The translations under genes and the position numbers were made by a program. DNA of 64,000 nucleotides from NCBI GenBank assembly GCA_964605905.1, contig CAZSEL010000011.1, forward strand, positions 36,019 through 100,018. The letters are read 5' to 3'. This stretch comes from an uncultured Chloracidobacterium sp. (lineage in GTDB: Bacteria > Acidobacteriota > Blastocatellia > Pyrinomonadales > Pyrinomonadaceae). Under the pieces are notes generated by a model. That model worked only from the letters and a program-made list of their open reading frames with translations. It did not search any database and was not told the origin of the DNA. Positions 55,537 to 64,000 of the stretch are shown here, one piece after another; the first letter of the stretch is position 1, and every line of letters starts with the position of its first letter.

Positions 55537-56922
55537 TCAGACTTTGATAAAGATTCGCCTTCGATAAAGCAGCCACATTAGGAAGAGCCAGAAGAGGATA
55601 AAGCAGATGGCGTAGGCGAGCGAGGCGTTGGTGGGCGAGGCCCATGAGAGGAATAGGTTGTTGAATATCCATTGCTGGAGCGAGATGGTCGGCTGGACGG
55701 CAAGCCCGGTCGAGCTGACAATCGGGCCGTCCGTTGTCGCAACCTTTATCAAGCCGAGCATGCGGGCAACGATGCCGGAAAAGACGAACAAGGCGAGAGC
55801 GTTAACACCGAAGATCACAAATGGCTTTGACCATTTTTTGTAGCCTTTGATGTCGATCAGGTAATAGCAAACCGCGAGCGTCAACAACGCGAGGCCTGTT
55901 GTGTAAACGACATACGAGCTTGTCCAGAGCGACTTGTTGAGCGGGAACAGCAAGCTCCACGACCAGCCGATGGCGAGAAGAATCGTGCCGAAGAAAAAGA
56001 GGCCGACGGCCTTGTTTAACGATGAATGATGAATGATGAATGATGAATCTGAACCTTCATCCTTCATCCTTCCGCCTTCATCCTTTCGCTGGAGCCACGT
56101 TCCTGCCAACACACCCGATAGCGTTGTAACTATCGCGGGAATTGTTGAAAGAATTCCTTCCGGGTCGAAGACTTTTGCCGAACGCCAGATGTGGGCTTCG
56201 GTCAGGATCGTGCGGTCGAGCCATGCGGCAAGGTTGCATGCTTTGTCATCGACGGTCGTGATCTCGCATCCGGGAACCGGAACAGCGGTCATCAGCAGCC
56301 AATAAACCAAGAGCAACGCAACGCCGATCAATGTTTGCTGTTTCCAGCTTGTGTGCAAAAAGATGAGCGAGACGATCAAATAACAAACCGCGATGCGTTG
56401 GAGCACTCCGGGAATGCGCATTGTCGAGAAGTTGTACCAGACGAACGCGGTTCCCGCGAAATAAAGAATGAGAACGGTTAGAGCGGCAACTCCGCCGACA
56501 ATCGCGGCGATTTTCTTTTTGTCTATAAGATAGAAAAAGAGAGCCGCCGAAAACGCCAACATTATCAGCAGCTTGACGATCTGCGGCAGGCCCGTTTCGC
56601 CAAAAACGAAAAACGGGATCATCGACATCAATATGCCGAGAGCGAAAATCTTTGCGGCACGCGTGACGATCTTCCAATAAACGTCACGAGTTATGCCGTC
56701 AGCAACACGTTTGCCCAAAGCCATCGGAATCGCGACGCCTACAATGAAAAGAAAAAACGGAAAAACATAATCGGTCGGCGTAATGCCGTGCCATTCGGCA
56801 TGTTTGAGCGGCCCGTAGATCGCCGACCACGTTCCCGGATTATTGACCAGCACCATTCCGGCGATGGTCAATCCCCGGAAGACATCGAGCGAAACTAGGC
56901 GTTGTGGTGCGGTTTCTGACAT
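55537..56922 (-). CDS. Heparan-alpha-glucosaminide N-acetyltransferase-like (DUF5009/DUF1624) membrane acyltransferase
   Basis: RLVSLDVFRGLTIAGMVLVNNPG..HAEWHG. ATG 56922 is preferred, because the upstream part of the ORF is repeat sequence. Confidence 0.8.
   Translation of the reverse strand: MSETAPQRLVSLDVFRGLTIAGMVLVNNPGTWSAIYGPLKHAEWHGITPTDYVFPFFLFIVGVAIPMALGKRVADGITRDVYWKIVTRAAKIFALGILMSMIPFFVFGETGLPQIVKLLIMLAFSAALFFYLIDKKKIAAIVGGVAALTVLILYFAGTAFVWYNFSTMRIPGVLQRIAVCYLIVSLIFLHTSWKQQTLIGVALLLVYWLLMTAVPVPGCEITTVDDKACNLAAWLDRTILTEAHIWRSAKVFDPEGILSTIPAIVTTLSGVLAGTWLQRKDEGGRMKDEGSDSSFIIHHSSLNKAVGLFFFGTILLAIGWSWSLLFPLNKSLWTSSYVVYTTGLALLTLAVCYYLIDIKGYKKWSKPFVIFGVNALALFVFSGIVARMLGLIKVATTDGPIVSSTGLAVQPTISLQQWIFNNLFLSWASPTNASLAYAICFILFWLFLMWLLYRRRIFIKV
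56030..56098. repeat. Intragenic 69-nt heptamer hairpin, in-frame (23 codons)
   Basis: (GATGAAT)x4 - CTGAAC - CTTCATC CTTCATC CTTCCGC CTTCATC C. Translated as ..KDEGGRMKDEGSDSSFIIHHSSL. Confidence 0.8.
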
Positions 56923-56946
56923 TAAAAGAAATGATTCAGCCACGAA

Positions 56947-57018
56947 ATTACACAAAATAACACGAAAATCATAGCCAACATTTCGTGTGCTTCGTGTCGT
57001 TTAGTGGCTACATTCTTT
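56947..57018. repeat. AGCCAC..GTGGCT CACGAA-word hairpin
   Basis: AGCCACGAAATTACACAAAATAACACGAAA .. TTTCGTGTGCTTCGTGTCGTTTAGTGGCT. Confidence 0.75.
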
Positions 57019-57061
57019 GTCGCTTACATCTTTTGAAGCACACTGACTGCTTCAACCCAAG

Positions 57062-57433
57062 CTATAACATATATGACGGAAGTTCTTGAACCGACCATTT
57101 ATTGCCGTCCGGGTCGTTAAAATATACAAATTTGCCCCATTCCAATTCCACTATGTCGGTGACATCGATGCCGCGTGAAAGCAATTCTTTGTGGGCTTCG
57201 TCAGCACTCTTGACGACCACCTGTATCATGTCCATCGATCCGGGTTCCATTTCAGTCAGTCCTGTACCGATACAGATGGAACACGCCGAGCCGGGCGGTG
57301 TGAGCTGCACAAAACGCAGATCGTCGTTAACCTGATGGTCGTGATCGGCGTTAAAACCGGCCTTTACATAAAAATCTTTTGCCCGGTCAACATCCGTCAC
57401 CGGCACTGCTATTAGTTCGAGTTTAAAGTCCAT
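57062..57433 (-). CDS. VOC-family (glyoxalase-like) protein
   Basis: IAVPVTDVDRAKDFY..FNDPDGNKWSVQE. Confidence 0.8.
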   Translation of the reverse strand: MDFKLELIAVPVTDVDRAKDFYVKAGFNADHDHQVNDDLRFVQLTPPGSACSICIGTGLTEMEPGSMDMIQVVVKSADEAHKELLSRGIDVTDIVELEWGKFVYFNDPDGNKWSVQELPSYML

Positions 57434-57455
57434 AAATTATTACTCCAATGAAAGT

Positions 57456-57974
57456 TTACCAGCCCATTCGCTCTCGCAAACGCATGATATGTGCGGTGTG
57501 ATGCTGCGAGTGCCATGCGTATAGCCCAAGCACCGATTCGAGCGTCCAGTTCCCTGTTTCCGGGTGCCGGAACTCGCGGGTAAAATCTGCATCTGACATC
57601 TTTTTCAACAGTTCCGTCCAGCGGGCATGAATGCCGACAATTATCGCGAGCGATACATCTACCGGCAGACGGCTGTCGGCAAGCTCGGCCCAGCGGTCTT
57701 CGTAATATGGCCTGATAGTTGGCGTTTCGTCCTCGGTCAAGGCGAGCTTAAAACGGCAGAGCGAATTTATGTGACTGTCGGCAACGTGATGAACGGTCTG
57801 TCGAAGCGTCCAACCGCCATCGCGATACGGCGTGTTGAGCTGTTCGTCAGATAAACCATCGACCGCGGCCGTTAGATTTGTTGGCAGGTTCGCGATCGAG
57901 TTGATATTTTCGCTTCGCGAAGAATAACTTGAAAGCTCAAACTTGCCGATCGGAAATCTTGGGTCTTGTTCCAT
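57456..57974 (-). CDS. DinB/YfiT-family metal-dependent hydrolase (bacillithiol-transferase-like)
   Basis: PIGKFEL..HHVADSHINS..AWHSQHHTAHI. ATG 57974 is preferred, because the upstream extension is REP sequence. Confidence 0.8.
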   Translation of the reverse strand: MEQDPRFPIGKFELSSYSSRSENINSIANLPTNLTAAVDGLSDEQLNTPYRDGGWTLRQTVHHVADSHINSLCRFKLALTEDETPTIRPYYEDRWAELADSRLPVDVSLAIIVGIHARWTELLKKMSDADFTREFRHPETGNWTLESVLGLYAWHSQHHTAHIMRLRERMGW

Positions 57975-57981
57975 AAATGTA

Positions 57982-58029
57982 GAACAGGCTGTCAGCCTGT
58001 TTGCCGGAGCGACAGACTGAAGTCTGTCG
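57982..58029. repeat. Complete double-hairpin REP (family 2)
   Basis: GAACAGGCTGTCAGCCTGTT .. CGACAGACTGAAGTCTGTCG. Confidence 0.8.
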
Positions 58030-58033
58030 TACC

Positions 58034-59410
58034 TCAACCGTAGTAAACGTCTTCGAACCGCGTGAATTGTTTTAGGAACGCGAGCTTTATAGTATCGGTC
58101 GGGCCGTTACGCTGTTTGGCGATTATCAGTTCGGCGATGTTTTGCTCGTTTTCCGGAATTTCGTCCATGCTTTTCGCATAGTAATCCTGGCGAAAGATGA
58201 ACGCAACCACGTCAGCATCCTGTTCGATCGAGCCTGATTCACGAAGGTCGGACATCATCGGCCGCGGCGGGTTACGAGCCTCGGGTGCACGCGAAAGCTG
58301 CGAAAGAGCGATGACCGGAACCTGAAATTCTTTTGCAAGCGATTTCAAGTCGCGTGAGATCTGCGAGACTTCCTGTTGACGATTTTCGTTTCGCCGAGTG
58401 CCGCCGCCCATCAATTGCAGATAATCGACAACGATCAGATCGAGACCTTTCTGCTCGACCGCTAAACGTCGCAGCTTTGCACGCATTTCGAGCACCGAAA
58501 TTCCCGCCGTGTCGTCGATGAATAGCTTTGTATCAGAGAGTTCGCCAATCGCCTCGGCAAGCCGCGGCCAGTCTTTGTGTGCGAGTTGTCCGTTGCGTAG
58601 ATTACGAGCGTCGATCGAAGCCTGAGAACTCAACATACGCATCAGGAGCTGCTCTTTCGACATTTCGAGCGAAAAGAAAGCGACGATGGCACGCTCGCGG
58701 ACGGCGGCCTTTTGGGCAATGTTCAGCACGAGAGCCGTTTTGCCCATCGATGGGCGAGCCGCGATTATTATCAGGTCGCCGCCCTGCAAGCCTGACGTTA
58801 AATTATCGAGATCGCGAAAGCCCGTTGCCAGGCCTGTCAGGGCGTGTGACTCGCGTTTATAAAGCTCTTCGATCTTTTTGAAAACGTTCTCGGCTATCGG
58901 CTGGATCGGCGAAAACCCTTCGCGTGCCTTTTGCTCGGCTAGCGAAAATATCATCTGCTCGGCACGGTCGAGAACGATCTTTGCATCCTCTTCTTCTTCG
59001 AGTGCTTCGCTCGTTATCTGGTTGCAGGTTCGGACCAGGTCACGCATCATCGCTTTTTCGCGGACAACATTAATGTAATCGCCAACGTCCGAAAAATGCG
59101 GCAGGCCGTAGGTAAGATTTGTGATCGTTGCAACGCCGCCGATCGCCTCGACCGAGCCTTCTTTTTTCAGCTCTTCGCCGATCAGGATCGGGTCGATGCG
59201 TTTCGAGGCCTCGAACAACGCGATCATCGCGGCAAAGATGCGGCGGTGCAAAGGCGAATAAAAATCCTCGGGCTTTAGATGTTCGAGAGCCTGTGTGACG
59301 AGCGTGTTGTCGAGCAAAATCGCTCCCAATATCGCACGCTCGCTGTCCTCGCTCGACGGCAGCGGGCGTTCCAAAAATTGTTCGCGACGTGCTTCGGGAA
59401 ATGCAGCCAT
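58034..59410 (-). CDS. dnaB: Replicative DNA helicase
   Basis: ARPSMGKTA Walker A, IVVDYLQLM, and the N-terminal DnaB domain. Confidence 0.95.
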   Translation of the reverse strand: MAAFPEARREQFLERPLPSSEDSERAILGAILLDNTLVTQALEHLKPEDFYSPLHRRIFAAMIALFEASKRIDPILIGEELKKEGSVEAIGGVATITNLTYGLPHFSDVGDYINVVREKAMMRDLVRTCNQITSEALEEEEDAKIVLDRAEQMIFSLAEQKAREGFSPIQPIAENVFKKIEELYKRESHALTGLATGFRDLDNLTSGLQGGDLIIIAARPSMGKTALVLNIAQKAAVRERAIVAFFSLEMSKEQLLMRMLSSQASIDARNLRNGQLAHKDWPRLAEAIGELSDTKLFIDDTAGISVLEMRAKLRRLAVEQKGLDLIVVDYLQLMGGGTRRNENRQQEVSQISRDLKSLAKEFQVPVIALSQLSRAPEARNPPRPMMSDLRESGSIEQDADVVAFIFRQDYYAKSMDEIPENEQNIAELIIAKQRNGPTDTIKLAFLKQFTRFEDVYYG

Positions 59411-59595
59411 ATATGGTCAATTGTCCGCGATCAACGATTTCGGGAGTGCATCGATCTGCGGAAAAGCGGTAGCAAATTGTTTGAATTTCTGTCTCAATCG
59501 AGACCGGAAATGTAAGTCAGATGATACACGCGTAACGAGTTGGTAACAACGTTAAGAATGCTGATTTTTTACTGGGGTTTTTCGTTGATTTGAGG

Positions 59596-59632
59596 AAGAA
59601 AAAGACCGCATTCAGTTATCCCGAATGCGGTC
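59596..59632 (-). terminator. Intrinsic terminator after rplI
   Basis: GACCGCATTC-N9-GAATGCGGTC followed by a T-run on the minus strand. Confidence 0.7.
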
Positions 59633-59655
59633 AGCAATTTACGAATTGCAAAAAA

Positions 59656-60225
59656 TTATTCCGCAGCCGTTTCTTCCGTCTCCGATTCAGTCGTCGGTTC
59701 TGTCGCTGCTTCTTCAGTTTCAGCCTTCGCTTTTCGCGGTTTCTTTTCTGCCTTTGCTTCCACTGCTTCACTGGCTTCGGCGGTGACCGCAACCGGCACT
59801 TCAAGCGTGACGTCGCGGTGCAGTTTTACCTTGACGGTATATTCGCCGGTTTCCTTGATCGGATCCCTGAGCACGATCTTTCGGCGGTCGATCTCGTAGC
59901 CTTTTGCCTGAAGCTCATCCGCAATGTCCATCGATGTGACGGAGCCGAAAAGCGTTCCGCCCTCGCCCGCTTTACGTTCAAAGGCAAGCGAAATGGTTCC
60001 CATCTGTTCTTTCTGTGCTTCGGCGGTCGAGCGTTCCTCGGCGGCACGTTTCAATAAAGCCGTGCGTTCCTGGTCGATCTGCTTGACGTTGCCCTTGGTC
60101 GCAAGCGACGCCAAACCCTGCGGCAGCAAATAGTTACGGGCATAACCGGCCTTGACCTTTACGATCTCGCCGCGGCCACCGACGGCTTCAATATCTTCTC
60201 TTAATAAAATGGTTGTGTTTGCCAT
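59656..60225 (-). CDS. rplI: 50S ribosomal protein L9 with an acidic/lysine-rich tail
   Basis: MANTTILLREDIEAVGGRGEIVKVKAGYARNYLLP. Confidence 0.9.
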   Translation of the reverse strand: MANTTILLREDIEAVGGRGEIVKVKAGYARNYLLPQGLASLATKGNVKQIDQERTALLKRAAEERSTAEAQKEQMGTISLAFERKAGEGGTLFGSVTSMDIADELQAKGYEIDRRKIVLRDPIKETGEYTVKVKLHRDVTLEVPVAVTAEASEAVEAKAEKKPRKAKAETEEAATEPTTESETEETAAE

Positions 60226-60312
60226 ACTTTCCTTGAGCGTCAAGAACCCGGTCGCTATCGCTCGCGGTTCTGACATATGATCCCGGTCGCTGCTGCTTCC
60301 GGTTCTGACAAT

Positions 60313-60594
60313 TTATTCCGATACGAACGGCAGTATTGCCATCATACGAGCGCGTTTTATCGCGGTTGCGATACGCCGCTGATCCTTTGCTGTGATGCCG
60401 GAAATACGTCTCGGCATAATTTTTCCGCGTTCCGGAATGAACTGCCGCAAATAATCGACATCTTTCCAATCCACGTAATCAGGGATTACTTGCCGCGGAC
60501 GGCGTCGTTGAAATCGTCGCGGCATTTTGTCGCCAAACGCGTCTTCGCCAATTGGTTCCCTATCGACGGGAGCATCCATATCTCTTTCTGCCAT
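60313..60594 (-). CDS. rpsR: 30S ribosomal protein S18
   Basis: [38 protein letters not shown]. Confidence 0.95.
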   Translation of the reverse strand: MAERDMDAPVDREPIGEDAFGDKMPRRFQRRRPRQVIPDYVDWKDVDYLRQFIPERGKIMPRRISGITAKDQRRIATAIKRARMMAILPFVSE

Positions 60595-60612
60595 AATTCT
60601 TCTCCTCGAGCT

Positions 60613-61016
60613 TTAAGCCTGAGCCTCCTCGGTCGCTTCCGGTGATTCGTCCGAATTGCGGAAACGAGCACGCTGGGCTGTACGCTTTTCACGTTTCGCC
60701 TGCATTTTGTCCGCTTTTTTCCGGTCCTCGTCAACCCGAACGGTCATATATCGCATAACCATGTCGTTTACACGCATTCGACGTTCGAGTTCTAATATCT
60801 CCTGGCCCGATCCTTCGATCTCGAAAAGCACATAGTGACCTTCGTTCTTTTTGTTGATAGGATACGCAAGATTGCGCATACCAATATCATCCAGACGTAC
60901 AACAGTGCCGCCTTCTTTTTCGATCAGTTTCCCGACCGCTTCGTTTAGAGTCGTGATCTTGTCGGCTGCCGTTTCCGGATCGACGATATACATCACTTCG
61001 TATGTTCTATTTGCCA
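60613..61016 (-). CDS. rpsF: 30S ribosomal protein S6 (TTG start)
   Basis: AGGAGG lies 7 nt upstream of TTG 61016-61014. (M)ANRTYEVMYIVDPE. Confidence 0.85.
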
Positions 61017-61087
61017 ATTTCTTTCCTCCTTTTGGCTTTCGAGCCTCGACAATTTTGAGCCGAAGCAAGAAGGTTCCTCGTTATTTC

Positions 61088-61134
61088 ATGAATCGATATT
61101 CGTTATTTCGATTCACGATTCACGATTCACGTTA
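61088..61134. repeat. GTGAATC heptamer hairpin/tandem containing the pth stop codon
   Basis: TGAATCG-N13-CGATTCA, then CGATTCA x3 on the plus strand. Confidence 0.75.
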
Positions 61135-61715
61135 AATTCCGCCATTGCACGTTCGACTCCGTCGGTTACGACGGTGCGGACGGCGTCGGCACATATTTTC
61201 AAAATATCTTCCAGCTCGACTGCTTCGCTTTTCGCGAAATTTTGCAGCACGAAATCCTTTGCGTTCGCCACCGGATGCTCGGGCAATATCCCGATCCGCA
61301 ACCGAGCAAAATCGCTCGTCCCCAAACAATCGATTATTGACCTCAAACCATTGTGCCCGCCGTGCGAGCCCTTTGGCCTGATCCGAACCTTTCCGAACGG
61401 CAATGCCAGATCGTCAGAGATCACCAACAGTTTTTCAATACCGCGGGCCTCTTTATTGAGCAGGCATTTCACCGCTTCGCCGCTCAGGTTCATGAACGTC
61501 TGCGGCTTTACCAACTCCGCCATTTCGCCGCCGCAGATGACGGCTCGCCCGACCAACGAACGACACTCATCGCGTTTGATCTGCGACTGCTCATCACGAG
61601 CGATCAGATCGGCGACCATGAAACCCAGATTATGCCGGGTTCGTTCATACGCCGGACCCGGATTGCCGAGCCCGACTATCAGCCAGTTGCCTGGAGTTCC
61701 AACTTCAGTTGGCAT
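61113..61715 (-). CDS. pth: Peptidyl-tRNA hydrolase
   Basis: LIVGLGNPG..RHNLGF..HGGHNGL. Confidence 0.9.
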   Translation of the reverse strand: MPTEVGTPGNWLIVGLGNPGPAYERTRHNLGFMVADLIARDEQSQIKRDECRSLVGRAVICGGEMAELVKPQTFMNLSGEAVKCLLNKEARGIEKLLVISDDLALPFGKVRIRPKGSHGGHNGLRSIIDCLGTSDFARLRIGILPEHPVANAKDFVLQNFAKSEAVELEDILKICADAVRTVVTDGVERAMAEFNVNRES

Positions 61716-61754
61716 TTCTTAAAGATCGCCCGCTAAAGCGGGTACTCCAAACTG

Positions 61755-62420
61755 TTATTCCTTGCCGCCTTCGTCTTCTGCAGCAGCAGGAGTTTCGCCT
61801 TCTTCGCCAATGACTCCGGGTTCGGCACCTTCTTCAATCTGCGGTTCGAGAACTTCTTCCTTAACTACCACGATCGAAGCGACAACGGTGTCAGGTGCGT
61901 CGTGAATTTCGATTCCTGCTCCGACCTTAAGATCGGAAACGTGTATCGCATGTTCGGCGGTCAGGTCCGAAATATCGACCTCGATCGAATCGGGTGTGTT
62001 CGCCGGTTCGCACAAAACCTTGATCTCGCGCATCGCTTGTGCAAGAACGGCACCTTCTTCCCTTAGAGCTTCCGGCTCGCCGGTAAGATGGATCGGAACG
62101 GTCATTTCGATCTTTTCACCCTTCGCAAAACGTCGAAGATCGGCGTGTATCAAACGGCCGTGAACCGCATGGATCTGCCGGTCCTGGAAGATCACGTCAT
62201 TAATGCCTTCGCCCGCGATGTCGAGCGAAAACACAGTGTTGACACCGGAATCGGTCCGAAGAATCGCCGCCAGATCTTTTAGATTGGCGGTCGCCGCAAC
62301 GCTTTCGGTTCCGCCGCCGTAAACGACAACAGGGATTTTGCCTTCCTGACGCAAACGACGGTTAATGCCCTTGTTGCCGATCTCTTTCTTTTCAGCTTTT
62401 ACAACAAATTTTTCAGCCAT
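61755..62420 (-). CDS. rplY: 50S ribosomal protein L25/Ctc
   Basis: RRLRQEGKIPVVVYGG. Acidic C-terminal tail. Confidence 0.9.
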   Translation of the reverse strand: MAEKFVVKAEKKEIGNKGINRRLRQEGKIPVVVYGGGTESVAATANLKDLAAILRTDSGVNTVFSLDIAGEGINDVIFQDRQIHAVHGRLIHADLRRFAKGEKIEMTVPIHLTGEPEALREEGAVLAQAMREIKVLCEPANTPDSIEVDISDLTAEHAIHVSDLKVGAGIEIHDAPDTVVASIVVVKEEVLEPQIEEGAEPGVIGEEGETPAAAEDEGGKE

Positions 62421-62434
62421 AACTTTCCTGTGTA

Positions 62435-62480
62435 CGACAGACTGTTAGTCTGTCGATTTCAACAGGCTGGACAGCCTGTT
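62435..62480. repeat. Family-2 double-hairpin REP, inverted order
   Basis: CGACAGACTGTTAGTCTGTCG .. AACAGGCTGGACAGCCTGTT. Confidence 0.8.
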
Positions 62481-62487
62481 GTACTTT

Positions 62488-63444
62488 TTAAATAAACAGC
62501 GACGAAACGCTGGTCTCGTCATGAATCGATTTGATCGCCGAGGCGAGCAATTTTCCTACACTCAAGATCTCGATCTTTCCGCCCTCGACCAGCGGGAATC
62601 CGTTCTGTTCGACCGGAATGGTGTTGGTCACGATCACTTTTTTCAGATACGAATTGGTAATATTATCAACCGCCTTTCCTGACAAAACAGCGTGCGTAAA
62701 GCACGCATAAACCTCATTAGCGCCGGCCTCGTGCAGAGCCTTTGCGACCTTGCAGATCGTGCCGCCGGTGTCGCACATATCATCGACTATCAAACAGTTT
62801 TTGCCATTTACGTCACCGACGATGTTCATTACATCGGCCTCGTTCGCACGTTCACGACGTTTGTCGCAAAGAGCGAGTCCGGCATCGAGCCGTTTTGCGT
62901 ACGCACGAGCACGCTCGGCTCCGCCTGTATCAGGCGCGACCACGATCAGGTTCTCGATCGGATTCGCCTTAAAGTATTCAACCACGATAGGTGCCGCATA
63001 AAGGTGATCGACCGGAATATCAAAAAAACCCTGTATCTGTGCGGCGTGCAGATCGATCGTCAAAATGCGGCTTGCACCGGCTTTTGTTATCAAATTCGCG
63101 ACCAGCTTTGCAGTTATCGGAACACGCGGACGATCTTTTTTGTCAGATCGAGCGTAACCAAAATAAGGAATCACCGCCGTCACTCTCTCCGCAGATGCAC
63201 GGACGAAGGTGTCGATCATTATCAACAACTCCATCAAATTCTGGTCGGTCGGCGGACAAGTCGGCTGAACTATGAAAACATCCGAACCGCGTACGTTCTC
63301 GCCGATCTGAAAGTTAAACTCGCCGTCCGAAAACCGGTCCGTGCTCGCCTTTCCCAGATCGCACGACAGATGTCCGCAGATCTCCTCGGCAAGATCTATA
63401 TGAGCATTGCCCGAAAATATTTTGATGTTTCCTGTTACGCTCAT
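62488..63444 (-). CDS. prs: Ribose-phosphate pyrophosphokinase
   Basis: MSVTGNIKIFSGNAH from ATG 63444. DLHAAQIQGFF, VDDMCDTGGT. Confidence 0.9.
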   Translation of the reverse strand: MSVTGNIKIFSGNAHIDLAEEICGHLSCDLGKASTDRFSDGEFNFQIGENVRGSDVFIVQPTCPPTDQNLMELLIMIDTFVRASAERVTAVIPYFGYARSDKKDRPRVPITAKLVANLITKAGASRILTIDLHAAQIQGFFDIPVDHLYAAPIVVEYFKANPIENLIVVAPDTGGAERARAYAKRLDAGLALCDKRRERANEADVMNIVGDVNGKNCLIVDDMCDTGGTICKVAKALHEAGANEVYACFTHAVLSGKAVDNITNSYLKKVIVTNTIPVEQNGFPLVEGGKIEILSVGKLLASAIKSIHDETSVSSLFI

Positions 63445-63515
63445 ATTCCTGAGTGAACCCAAAACAAAAAGCGGACAATCTGTAAACAGACCGACCGCTC
63501 CGATAACGCGAAAAG

Positions 63516-63590
63516 TGGCTGGGGCGGAAGGGATCGAACCTACGAATGCCGGATCCAAAACCCGGTGCCTTACCACTTGGCGACGCCCCA
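63516..63590 (-). tRNA. tRNA-Gln (anticodon TTG), CCA encoded
   Basis: TGGGGCG..GCC-AAGTGGTAA-GGC..CCGGG-TT-TTG-GA-TCCGG..GTAGG-TTCGATC-CCTTC-CGCCCCA-G-CCA. One T-T mismatch in the T stem. Confidence 0.85.
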
Positions 63591-63623
63591 AGACTTTTTT
63601 CTTGAGAAACTTATCGGAAACGG

Positions 63624-64000
63624 CTAGAACACCTGTTTGAGTGCCTCGCGATACTCGAGTCGCGAGATAGCCGCTACGGCAAAACTTCGCCAGTTGGGTT
63701 TGTCCCCAAGGGCTTTCAGTGCTGTTTGCCGTGTCTCTTGATTGTCAAAAATTCCAAAAACGCTTGCACCGCTGCCGCTCATTGCGGCCCTTACGGCACC
63801 AAGTTCGAGAAGCCTGTCTTTCACATCACCGATCTCGGGATACATCGAAAAGACCACTTTCTCAAAGTCGTTATCAAGATCGAGGGCGTTAATATCGCCC
63901 TTTTCAGCCTGAAAACGACAATTGAGAAGAATACGTTCGGATTCGCCCGATGTCAAGCGATGGACCTCCAATAACCGAAAGGCTTCGGCAGTCGAAACTG
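63624..64000 (-). CDS. ispE: 4-diphosphocytidyl-2-C-methyl-D-erythritol kinase, C-terminal part (N-terminus outside the window)
   Basis: GHMP motif [11 protein letters not shown]. The frame stays open to position 64000. Confidence 0.85.
   Translation of the reverse strand, partial: VSTAEAFRLLEVHRLTSGESERILLNCRFQAEKGDINALDLDNDFEKVVFSMYPEIGDVKDRLLELGAVRAAMSGSGASVFGIFDNQETRQTALKALGDKPNWRSFAVAAISRLEYREALKQVF

Noticed and set aside
59656-59780. Lys/Glu/Ala-rich C-terminal tail of L9 as a repeat insertion
   Set aside because: No nucleotide similarity to any repeat family in the window. Low-complexity tails on ribosomal proteins are common.
63445-63591. N-terminal 49-aa extension of the prs ORF
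   Set aside because: The extension is the reverse translation of tRNA-Gln and its flank. The conserved Prs N-terminus starts at ATG 63444.

Overview
A 64-kb chromosomal window of about 50% GC, densely coded with roughly 75 protein genes and 2 tRNAs. The protein repertoire (PEGA/zinc-ribbon Ser/Thr kinase, FG-GAP secreted protein, several M16/M28 peptidases) suggests an Acidobacteriota-like soil bacterium, but that is inference only. The backbone is housekeeping: metG, argS, a trpEDCFBA-aroF operon, folE, larC, nth, rimO, sucC and the conserved ispE-tRNAGln-prs-ctc-pth-rpsF-rpsR-rplI-dnaB block. There is also a small envelope/EPS cluster (DegT aminotransferase, TPR/CBM protein, O-antigen ligase). 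Accessory content includes four type II toxin-antitoxin pairs (HicAB, BrnTA with an extra BrnA-like ORF, VapC-Phd, Doc-AbrB) wedged into housekeeping operons. It also includes a small XRE / 4-TM / Rad52-like module, a frameshifted M28 peptidase, and a REP-associated tyrosine transposase (RAYT) sitting in its own REP arrays. The most unusual signal is non-genic: at least eight families of short hairpin repeats, many with arms built from tandem 7-nt words. These repeats (i) fill almost every intergenic gap; (ii) donate the last codons and stop codons of many genes; (iii) lie in-frame inside tatD, metG, argS and a membrane acyltransferase; and (iv) form 25-28-nt terminal inverted repeats around two single-gene cassettes. 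The cassette cargoes are an Avd-like four-helix-bundle protein and a GxxExxY PD-(D/E)XK nuclease, each inserted in an operon. I rank this cassette/hairpin system as the best candidate for undescribed biology, followed by a candidate trp attenuator and the FHA-PrsW/kinase pairing. All protein calls come from motif recognition by eye; no database search was run.
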